From positions 94,044 through 158,043 of the forward strand of contig NZ_JAKFEN010000027.1 in the NCBI RefSeq assembly GCF_036677185.1: 64,000 nucleotides of DNA, given 5' to 3'. This document shows, piece after piece, positions 18,240 through 25,903 of the stretch. The position numbers and the translations under genes are program-made. The notes beneath the pieces are model-generated. The model did no database searches. It was not told where the DNA came from and worked only from the letters and a program-made list of their open reading frames with translations. Origin of the DNA: Phenylobacterium sp. GTDB taxonomy: Bacteria > Pseudomonadota > Alphaproteobacteria > Caulobacterales > Caulobacteraceae. Position 1 is the stretch's first letter, and each line of letters starts with the position of its first letter.

Positions 18240-21002
18240 CTATTCCGCGGCGGTATCGTCGCCTTCGGGCTCTGAGTCGTCGCCGCCCTGGTCCGCCAGC
18301 CGCTCGACCGACACCACGTGCTCGTCCGCCGCGGTGCGGAAGATGGTGACGCCCGAGGTGTTGCGTCCGACCATGCGGACCTGGCTGACCGGGGTGCGGA
18401 TCAGTTGACCCTGGTCGGTGACCAGCAGGATCTCGTCGAATTCTTCCACCGGGAAGGAGGCCGCGAGCCGGCCGCCCTTCTTGGTCAGGTCCTGGGCCAG
18501 GAGCCCCTGCCCGCCCCGTCCGGTGCGGCGGAACTCGTAGGCCGAGGTGCGCTTGCCGAAGCCCTCGGTGGAGACGGTGAGGATCACCTCCTCCGCCGCG
18601 CCCAGGGCGGCGATGCGGTCGGGGCTCAGCGCCGCCAGATCGCCGTCCGCCTCGTCGTCGTCCGGCGTGGGCGCCTCCTCGACCTCGACCCCGTCCTCGC
18701 CCGCGGCCCGGCGCATGGCGTTGGCGTGCTTCACATAGGCGGCCCGTTCGGCCGGGGTGGCGTCCACCGAGCGCAGGATGGCCATGGAGATGACGCTGTC
18801 GCCCTCCGCCAGGCGGATGCCGCGCACGCCGGTGGAATCACGGCCAGCGAAGACGCGGACCTCCTCGGTGGCGAAGCGGATGCAGCGGCCGAGCGCCGTG
18901 GTCAGCAGGATGTCATTCTGGGTGGCGTTGCACAGGCCGACCCCGATGATGGAGTCCCCGTCGTCCAGTTTCATGGCGATCTTGCCGTTGCGCCGGATGC
19001 CCTGGAAATCGCTGAGCTTGTTGCGCCGCACGCCACCCGACTTGGTGGAGAACATGACGTCGTACTGATCCCAGGTCGCTTCGTCCTCGGGCAGGGGCAG
19101 GATCGAGGTGATGCTCTCGCCGGGCTCGATGGGCAGCAGGTTGACGAAGGCCTTGCCGCGCGAGGTCGGAGTCCCGACCGGCAAGCGCCAGACCTTGAGC
19201 TGATAGACCTTGCCGCCGGAGGAGAAGAACAACATCGGCGTATGGGTCGAGGCGGAGAACACGCGGGTGACCGCGTCCTCGTCCTTGGTCGACATGCCCG
19301 AGCGGCCCTTGCCGCCGCGATGCTGGGTCCGGTAGGTGGTCAGCGGCGTGCGCTTCACATAGCCGCCGTGGGTGACGGTGATCACCATCTCCTCGCGGAC
19401 GATCAGGTCCTCGTCCTCGACGTCGGCGTCGCCGTCGACGATCTCGGTGCGGCGCGGCACGGCGAAGGCGTCGCGCACGGCGACCAGCTCCTCGCGGACG
19501 ATGGCCATGACGTTCTCGCGCGACGACAGGGTGGTCAGGTGGCCCTGGATGGCGTCGGCCAGTTCACGGGCCTCGCCGAAGATCTCGTCGCGGCCGAGTC
19601 CGGTCAGGCGCGACAGGGTGAGCGCCAGGATGGCGCGGGCCTGCTCTTCGGTCAGCCGGATCTTGTTGGCGTCGATGACCAGGGTGCGCGGATCGGCGAT
19701 CAGTTCGACCAGGGGCAGCATATCGCCCGCCGGCCAGTCCTTGGCCACCAGGCGCTCGCGCGCCTCGGCCGGGTCCTTGGACGAGCGGATGATGTGGATG
19801 AACTCGTCGATATTGGCCACGGCGATGGCCAGGCCCACCAAGACGTGACCGCGATCACGGGCCTTGGAGAGTTCGAACTTCACACGCCGGACGACCACTT
19901 CCTCGCGGAAGTCGACGAAGGCCACGACCAGGTCGCGCAGGTGCATCTCGCGCGGGCGCCCGCGATCAAGCGCCAGCATGTTGACGGCGAAGGAGCTCTG
20001 CAGCGGGGTGTAGCGATAGAGCTGGTTCAGCACCACGTCCGGTGAGGCGTCGCGCTTCATCTCGATGACCACGCGCATGCCGTCGCGATCACTCTCGTCG
20101 CGCAGGTCGGCCACGCCCTCGATGCGCTTCTCGCGCACCAGCTCGGCGATCCGCTCGACCATGGCGGCCTTGTTCACCTGATACGGGATCTGGGTGATGA
20201 CGATGGCTTCGCGATCCTTGCGGACAGTCTCGATGGCCGCCTTGCCGCGCATGATCACCGAGCCACGGCCGGTGGCCAGCGCGGTGCGCGCGCCCGTGCG
20301 CCCGATGATCTCGCCGCCGGTAGGGAAATCGGGGCCCGGCACGATGTCCAGCAGCGCGTCGAGGGTGACGGCCGGATCGTCCACATAGGCCAGGCAGGCG
20401 TCGACGACCTCGCCCAGGTTATGCGGCGGGATGTTGGTGGCCATGCCGACGGCGATGCCGCCCGCGCCGTTGACCAGCAGGTTGGGGATGCGCGACGGCA
20501 AGACCACGGGCTCGCTTTCCGAGCCGTCGTAGTTCTCCTTGAAGTCGACCGTGTCCTTGTCCAGGTCGGCCACGATCATCATCGCGGCCTTGGTCATGCG
20601 GCTTTCTGTATAGCGCATGGCCGCCGGCGGATCGTTGTCCACCGAGCCGAAATTGCCCTGGCCGTCGATCAGCAGCAGTCCCATGGAGAACGGCTGGGCC
20701 ATCCGCACCATGGTGAAGTAGATCGAGGCGTCGCCGTGCGGGTGATACTTACCCATCACGTCCCCGACCACGCGCGCGGATTTCACATAGGCCCGGTCGG
20801 GCGTATGTCCCTGCTCGTTCATCGAGAACAGGATGCGACGGTGGACAGGCTTCAAACCGTCGCGCGCGTCTGGCAGGGCGCGGCTGACGATCACGCTCAT
20901 GGCGTAGTCGAGGTACGAGCGCTTCAGCTCATCTTCGATGGCGATAGGGGCGATGCCCCCGCGCCGCCCGTCATCCGGCGGGGTTTGGGTTTCGTCGGTC
21001 AA
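18240..21002 (-). CDS. gyrA: DNA gyrase subunit A
   Basis: 920 aa: ..[64 protein letters not shown].. (active-site and QRDR region). It has C-terminal beta-pinwheel repeats and an acidic tail. Confidence 0.97.
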   Translation of the reverse strand: MTDETQTPPDDGRRGGIAPIAIEDELKRSYLDYAMSVIVSRALPDARDGLKPVHRRILFSMNEQGHTPDRAYVKSARVVGDVMGKYHPHGDASIYFTMVRMAQPFSMGLLLIDGQGNFGSVDNDPPAAMRYTESRMTKAAMMIVADLDKDTVDFKENYDGSESEPVVLPSRIPNLLVNGAGGIAVGMATNIPPHNLGEVVDACLAYVDDPAVTLDALLDIVPGPDFPTGGEIIGRTGARTALATGRGSVIMRGKAAIETVRKDREAIVITQIPYQVNKAAMVERIAELVREKRIEGVADLRDESDRDGMRVVIEMKRDASPDVVLNQLYRYTPLQSSFAVNMLALDRGRPREMHLRDLVVAFVDFREEVVVRRVKFELSKARDRGHVLVGLAIAVANIDEFIHIIRSSKDPAEARERLVAKDWPAGDMLPLVELIADPRTLVIDANKIRLTEEQARAILALTLSRLTGLGRDEIFGEARELADAIQGHLTTLSSRENVMAIVREELVAVRDAFAVPRRTEIVDGDADVEDEDLIVREEMVITVTHGGYVKRTPLTTYRTQHRGGKGRSGMSTKDEDAVTRVFSASTHTPMLFFSSGGKVYQLKVWRLPVGTPTSRGKAFVNLLPIEPGESITSILPLPEDEATWDQYDVMFSTKSGGVRRNKLSDFQGIRRNGKIAMKLDDGDSIIGVGLCNATQNDILLTTALGRCIRFATEEVRVFAGRDSTGVRGIRLAEGDSVISMAILRSVDATPAERAAYVKHANAMRRAAGEDGVEVEEAPTPDDDEADGDLAALSPDRIAALGAAEEVILTVSTEGFGKRTSAYEFRRTGRGGQGLLAQDLTKKGGRLAASFPVEEFDEILLVTDQGQLIRTPVSQVRMVGRNTSGVTIFRTAADEHVVSVERLADQGGDDSEPEGDDTAAE

Positions 21003-21112
21003 GGAGAGGATTTAGCCGGTTAGAATCGGACACAAAACAGGGTTCAGTAGTTACCATCCGCAGGCCTTGAAGGCCAACTTCCGTCAACGCCCCAACCCAG
21101 GTCGAACGCCCC

Positions 21113-21640
21113 ATGAGATATGCCCTCGCCGCCACGATTGCCACCCTTTTCGCAACTGCGGCATGGGCGGACGACGCTCCGGCCAACCTGCGGATCGAAT
21201 TGAAGAATTCCGCCGGCGCCGCGGTCGGGACCGCCAGCCTGACCCAGGCCCCCAACGGTCTGCTGGCGCGGATCGAGCTCAAGGGCGTCGCGCCCGGCTG
21301 GCACGGTCTGCATTTCCACGAGAAAGGCGACTGTTCGAAGGCCGACTTCACCTCGGCTGGCGGCCACGTGCACGGCAAGCCGACCATGGTCCACGGCCTG
21401 CTGAACCCCGACGCCAACGAGGCCGGCGACCTGCCCAACATCTTCGTCGCCGCCGACGGGACCGGCCAGGCCGAGGTCTTCTCGACCTATGTGTCGTTGG
21501 GGTCGACGGCGGCCCGGGAGGCCCTGGCCGACAAGGATGGCTCGGCCCTGGTGATCCACGCCAATCCCGACGACCACAAGGCCCAGCCGATCGGCGGCGC
21601 CGGACCGCGCATCGCCTGCGCGGTCATCCCGGCCGGGTGA
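21113..21640 (+). CDS. sodC: Periplasmic Cu/Zn superoxide dismutase
   Basis: 175 aa with a signal peptide MRYALAATIATLFATAAWA. The metal-ligand pattern is GWHGLHFHEKGDC..GGH...GDLPN..VIHANPDD..GGAGPRIACAVI. Confidence 0.9.
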   Translation: MRYALAATIATLFATAAWADDAPANLRIELKNSAGAAVGTASLTQAPNGLLARIELKGVAPGWHGLHFHEKGDCSKADFTSAGGHVHGKPTMVHGLLNPDANEAGDLPNIFVAADGTGQAEVFSTYVSLGSTAAREALADKDGSALVIHANPDDHKAQPIGGAGPRIACAVIPAG

Positions 21641-21642
21641 GG

Positions 21643-22050
21643 TCACCTGAGGCTGAGAACGTAGTCCGCGACAGCTTCGGCTTCCTTCGTGTCCTCAAGG
21701 CCCGGATAGAGCATGCGCGTTCCCGGAAGGGTCTTGTGCGGGTCGTGAAGGAACGCAGCCAGACGCTGGCGGTCCCAGGTGAAACCTGCGCCGCTCAAGG
21801 CTGGCGAGAAGCTGTAACCCAGCGCTGAGCCGGCCCTACGCGCGGACAGGCCCCATAGACTCGGGCCGACGTCGTGGACGCCCGGCTCGACCTGATGGCA
21901 GCGCGCGCAGTCCGCGAAGGCCGTAGGTTGCGGCAGGGGCTTCGTCGCGGCCCCGTCACCCCCCGATTTCGAGCACCCGGTGGTCAAGCCAAGCGCGACG
22001 ACGACCGCCACCTTTGCTGCGATGAAACGGGTCGGTGATCGCCTAGGCAT
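21643..22050 (-). CDS. Lipoprotein mono-haem c-type cytochrome (third gene of the GMC dehydrogenase operon)
   Basis: The ATG at 22050 gives MPRRSPTRFIAAKVAVVVALGLTTGCSK.. with a lipobox. It has a single CxxCH (CARCH) and a distal Met region (..LPGTRMLYPGL..). The start overlaps the upstream gene's stop by 8 nt. Confidence 0.7.
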   Translation of the reverse strand: MPRRSPTRFIAAKVAVVVALGLTTGCSKSGGDGAATKPLPQPTAFADCARCHQVEPGVHDVGPSLWGLSARRAGSALGYSFSPALSGAGFTWDRQRLAAFLHDPHKTLPGTRMLYPGLEDTKEAEAVADYVLSLR

Positions 22051-22405
22051 TGGTGTCCATGGGTTGGTTATAGTGGACGGCGGCATAGACGAGCGCCTCG
22101 CTACGCGCGAGCTGCCATCCATCGACCGAGGTTATCGCCCCTTGGGCGAAGTCGTCGGCGATCCGGGCATTCAGCGCCGCTTGGCCGACCGCTTGGATTT
22201 GAGCCCATTCGGCCGCCACCAACGACTCGCTGAAGTCCGGATTGCACGCGACGCAGGCGCGACCGAGACGCGCCAGGCCAACCTGTTGATACTCTCGGGT
22301 CTGGCCGCTGCAAACGAGTTCACGGGCCGCCGGAGTGTTGAGCGCGAGCCCCCCGACGACCAGGGCGCCGCCGCCAAGCACCCAGGCTCGTCGGTTCATC
22401 CTCAT
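22043..22405 (-). CDS. Small Tat-signal subunit associated with the GMC oxidoreductase
   Basis: The ATG at 22405 overlaps the GMC stop (ATGA). The protein MRMNRRAWVLGGGALVVGGLAL.. carries a twin-arginine-like signal. The C-terminal ..DFAQGAITSVDGWQLARSEALVYAAV resembles small subunits encoded next to periplasmic flavoprotein dehydrogenases (from memory). Confidence 0.55.
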   Translation of the reverse strand: MRMNRRAWVLGGGALVVGGLALNTPAARELVCSGQTREYQQVGLARLGRACVACNPDFSESLVAAEWAQIQAVGQAALNARIADDFAQGAITSVDGWQLARSEALVYAAVHYNQPMDTNA

Positions 22406-23985
22406 GCGAATTGCCCATCGATATGATCGGCCAGCCGTAGGGCCAGCGCCGTGATCATCATGGTCGTCGAGCCGCCGCCCACCGTGGGAAACACCGAACT
22501 GCCGGCGACATAGAGGTTGGACACCCCATGTACACGGCAGTTCCGGTCGACCACGCCCGTCTTGGGATCGTCGCTCATCCGTGTGGTGCCGGTGTGGTGG
22601 TTGCCGCAGACAAAGCCCTGCGCTTCCGACCACGGCTTCTTTGGATCGAAGGTCAGGCGCACACGACCGGTGTTGGTGCGCCCCGCCTCCTGAGCGAAAA
22701 GTTGCAGCGCGCGGTGCAGCGAATGCTTCGCGGTGTCCGGCAGCACCCAGTGAAGGTTCAGGATCGGCATGCCCAGGGCGTCGAGCTCAGGCGTCAAGGT
22801 TACGCGGCTCTCGGCCACCGGGGGCGGGTCGACAGTGGCGGAGAGCAAGTACCTTATCGGCTTGGACCGGCAGTAGTAGCGATCCACGCCGCGCTCCGCC
22901 ACGTCGCCGAAGTTCTGCATCGCCAATGCAAGGTCGTCCGCGCTGACCTGCGACAGGTCGCGAGCCCCCAAGGCGTCCGTCAGCCGACCTGCGGCGGCGG
23001 TTCCAGGCGTTGACTCATAGACCGGGCGGAACCGGAACAGGATGCTGTCCAGACGCTCGCTATCCAGGATGTGGTCTGACAGGAGGTAGTGGTTGAAGAC
23101 GAAGATATCTCCCGGCGCCTCGGTGAAGACCACCCGGTCGTCGGGTTCGCGATCCGGGTTCCTCACGAAATCCTGGAGAATTCGGGCATGGTCGGCGAAA
23201 TAACGGCCAACCTGATCGTGATTGTTCCCCACCCCGTGAGGACTGGATCGCCGAGACGCCAGCATGAGGCGGGGGTTCTCGAGGCCTCCGGTCGCCAGGA
23301 TGAAGATGCGAGCCCGGACCCTGAACTCGGCGCCGGCCAGGGTCTTGACGACGACTTCCTCGATCTTGGTGCGATCGGGGCCCTCGATCAGTTCGGTCGC
23401 GTTGGCATACTGGATGACACGGATATTCTTCGCCGAATCCAACGGCCGCCTATAGGCCGCGTAGGTCCGATTGCCGGTATCGGCGTGTGGGCGTGCGAAG
23501 ATTTCGGTACGAACCGGGAAGATCGCTTCATCGATGGGCCAGGCGGGGGAACCGAACCTATTGCGCCAATAGTCCGTTGACCAGTTGACGTCCTGCGTCT
23601 GGAACATCGCGATCCGTTGGGCCTGCTGGTAGTAGGGCGCGACATCCTTCAAGGAGATCGGCCAACCAACGACTTTCGGTCCTCCGACCGACAGGAAATC
23701 GTGATCCCGGAACAGGAAGCACCGGCCTGACCAATGATTGGTCGTGCCGCCGAAGAAGCGAAGACGGCTCGACTCGATTGTATAGGGATCACCCGTCACC
23801 GTGGCGTTGGTGTTGAGCTTCTCCGTTTCCCGATCCATCGAGTCGCCGCCGCTCTCGAGCAGGACGATCTTCAATTTAGAGTCGACGAATTTATTGGCGA
23901 GCGTAATTCCAGCGGCTCCACCGCCAATTATGCACAGGTCTGCGGCGACAATCTTTTCCGCGATCTTGTTTGCATCGACAAACAT
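22402..23985 (-). CDS. GMC-family FAD-dependent oxidoreductase (large subunit, no signal peptide of its own)
   Basis: 527 aa with an N-terminal Rossmann motif, DLCIIGGGAAGITLA. The GMC C-terminal region is ..CGNHHTGTTRM..GVVD...RVHGVSNLYVAGSSVFPT.G...T..I.ALALRLADHI. Confidence 0.85.
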   Translation of the reverse strand: MFVDANKIAEKIVAADLCIIGGGAAGITLANKFVDSKLKIVLLESGGDSMDRETEKLNTNATVTGDPYTIESSRLRFFGGTTNHWSGRCFLFRDHDFLSVGGPKVVGWPISLKDVAPYYQQAQRIAMFQTQDVNWSTDYWRNRFGSPAWPIDEAIFPVRTEIFARPHADTGNRTYAAYRRPLDSAKNIRVIQYANATELIEGPDRTKIEEVVVKTLAGAEFRVRARIFILATGGLENPRLMLASRRSSPHGVGNNHDQVGRYFADHARILQDFVRNPDREPDDRVVFTEAPGDIFVFNHYLLSDHILDSERLDSILFRFRPVYESTPGTAAAGRLTDALGARDLSQVSADDLALAMQNFGDVAERGVDRYYCRSKPIRYLLSATVDPPPVAESRVTLTPELDALGMPILNLHWVLPDTAKHSLHRALQLFAQEAGRTNTGRVRLTFDPKKPWSEAQGFVCGNHHTGTTRMSDDPKTGVVDRNCRVHGVSNLYVAGSSVFPTVGGGSTTMMITALALRLADHIDGQFA

Positions 23986-24098
23986 CGCGGACCCCGAATC
24001 AAAAACTCGCCTTCGAGATTTGACCTAGCCAAACGCCGTTATTCAAGGTCATTGATAGCTTGTCTGCGCCGGACGCTCAGCCGGCGCACCGCCCGCCC

Positions 24099-24599
24099 CT
24101 AGAACGGGATCTCGTCGTCCAGGTCGGCCGAGAAGTCCTCGCGCGGGCCCGAGGCCGGACGGCGCTGGCCGCCGCCGCTGAACCCGCCGCCGCCACTGCT
24201 CGCCCCGCCGTAGTCTCCGCCGCCGGAGCTCGCGCCCTCGCTGTCGCCGCGGCCGTCCAGCATGGTCAGCTCGCCGCGGAACTTCTGCAGCACGACCTCG
24301 GTGGAGAACTTCTCCACGCCCGACTGGTCGGTCCATTTGCGGGTCTGGATCGAGCCCTCGAGATAGACCTTCGAACCCTTGCGCAGGTACTGCTCAGCCA
24401 CCTTCACGAGGTTGTCGTTGAAGATCACCACCCGGTGCCATTCGGTCTTTTCCTTGCGCTCGCCCGAAGACTTGTCGCGCCAGGTTTCCGACGTGGCGAC
24501 GCGTAGGTTGGCGACGCGATCCCCCGAGGTGAGACTGCGGATTTCGGGATCGGCGCCCAGATTGCCGACCAGAATGACCTTGTTGACGCTGCCCGCCAT
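24099..24599 (-). CDS. ssb: Single-stranded DNA-binding protein
   Basis: 166 aa: [21 protein letters not shown]....[28 protein letters not shown].. It has a Gly-rich linker and the acidic tip ..DLDDEIPF. Confidence 0.95.
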   Translation of the reverse strand: MAGSVNKVILVGNLGADPEIRSLTSGDRVANLRVATSETWRDKSSGERKEKTEWHRVVIFNDNLVKVAEQYLRKGSKVYLEGSIQTRKWTDQSGVEKFSTEVVLQKFRGELTMLDGRGDSEGASSGGGDYGGASSGGGGFSGGGQRRPASGPREDFSADLDDEIPF

Positions 24600-24681
24600 G
24601 TGAGTGTCCCTTGCTTTCCGTGCTTGCGCGCTCGCGCTCAGCCCCGACGCTAGCGGACGGCGATCAGCGGATCAAGTTAAT

Positions 24682-24696
24682 GTTCCGCCTTTGTTC
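24682..24696. promoter_or_regulatory. Alphaproteobacterial LexA (SOS) box GTTC-N7-GTTC upstream of ssb
   Basis: GTTCcgcctttGTTC lies 83-97 nt upstream of the ssb ATG. On the ssb strand it abuts a TTGATC..N14..GCTAGC promoter-like pair. The direct-repeat GTTC-N7-GTTC is the published LexA operator of Rhodobacter, Rhizobium and Caulobacter. Confidence 0.55.
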
Positions 24697-24747
24697 CCGC
24701 CTTGCAGAGCTTCGTCCACAGATGTCTGCTGCGCTGGACCGCCGCGC

Positions 24748-25137
24748 CTACTGGCCCGGGGCCTGCTGGGGCATGGCGCCGGGAATGACCAGGCGGCCGT
24801 CGCCCGTGCGCACCAGCGCCAGATAGCGGTGCGATTCCATCGTCGGCGCGGTGAAGATCCCGTTCCGTTCGACGAAGATGAAATTGCCCTTGAAGGCGCC
24901 GGCGACCTCGCGGTTCGAGCCGCCCATGCGCAGGAATTTCAGCCGCATGGTCTCCAGAGCCGCGGCGCAGTGCTCGAGGTCGGCCACGCCGGTCGCCAGC
25001 TTGTTGTATTTGAGCTCGCCGTCCTTCCCCTGGCCCACATGCCAGCAGACGCCTTCTCCGCCGGGCGGCAAGGTTTTCTTGGCGCAGGCGGCGAGGGCCA
25101 GGACGGAGAGGCCGGCGATCAGGGCGGTGCGAAGCAT
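24748..25137 (-). CDS. Hypothetical lipoprotein
   Basis: 129 aa with the lipobox MLRTALIAGLSVLALAAC. Codon bias is native. I recognise no family. Confidence 0.5.
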   Translation of the reverse strand: MLRTALIAGLSVLALAACAKKTLPPGGEGVCWHVGQGKDGELKYNKLATGVADLEHCAAALETMRLKFLRMGGSNREVAGAFKGNFIFVERNGIFTAPTMESHRYLALVRTGDGRLVIPGAMPQQAPGQ

Positions 25138-25176
25138 GGTGAAGCCTATGGCGGCGATTGCGGCGACCCGAAGGCG

Positions 25177-25863
25177 TCAGCCCACGGGGGAGATCGAACA
25201 GTTCTCGGCCTGGCTGGCCAGGGCCCGGAAGCTGCGGTTGTCGCCCGACACCTCCACCCGTCCGGGGACCAGGCGCAGGGTCTGCTGCATCCAGCGGCCG
25301 TAGATGGCGCCGCCCGAACGCTCGCAGCGTCCAGCGAACAGGGACTGCACGCAGGCGTTCAGGGTCATGTCGGCCGGTTGCTTGCGCCAGCCGCCGTCGG
25401 CATAGCGCCAGCAGGCGCCGGCCGGGGCTGGCGCGGCGGGCGTCGCGGCGGGGGCCGGCGCGGCGGGAGTCGCGGTCGGGGCCTCGACCTGCGCCTCCTC
25501 CACCGGCGGCAGCGGCGTCAGCATGGTGCCGGCCTGGTCGGCGGCCGCCAGGTTGCCGGCCTCGTCGACACCCACGTCCAGGGCCCCTGTGGCCACGCCA
25601 TTGCGCTTGGCGCAGTCGGCCAGGGTCACCTCGCCCACATACTGGCCGGCGACGTAGCAGCGCAGCGGCCGGGCGGGATCGAGACGTCCGTCGTCGGCCG
25701 CGCCCGTCTCCACCACCAAGCCGCCTTGCGAGGCCGGCGGCGGCGGGGCGTTCTCGCCCTTGCCGCCGGAGATCAGGGCCGCGGCGATGCCGATGCCGGC
25801 CACGAGGGCGAGAGCGCCGCCCGCCAGGACGAGTCGACTCCGCCGGTCGTTCAGGAATTCCAT
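25177..25863 (-). CDS. Hypothetical membrane-anchored Cys-rich protein with a Pro/Ala/Thr linker
   Basis: 228 aa with one N-terminal TM helix (LVLAGGALALVAGIGIAAALI). It contains a repeated PAAPAPAATPAAPAPA linker flanked by Cys-containing modules. Confidence 0.5.
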   Translation of the reverse strand: MEFLNDRRSRLVLAGGALALVAGIGIAAALISGGKGENAPPPPASQGGLVVETGAADDGRLDPARPLRCYVAGQYVGEVTLADCAKRNGVATGALDVGVDEAGNLAAADQAGTMLTPLPPVEEAQVEAPTATPAAPAPAATPAAPAPAGACWRYADGGWRKQPADMTLNACVQSLFAGRCERSGGAIYGRWMQQTLRLVPGRVEVSGDNRSFRALASQAENCSISPVG

Positions 25864-25903
25864 GGACCTTCGCTAGACCGCGCCTGCGAAGGATTCAAGG
25901 CGC

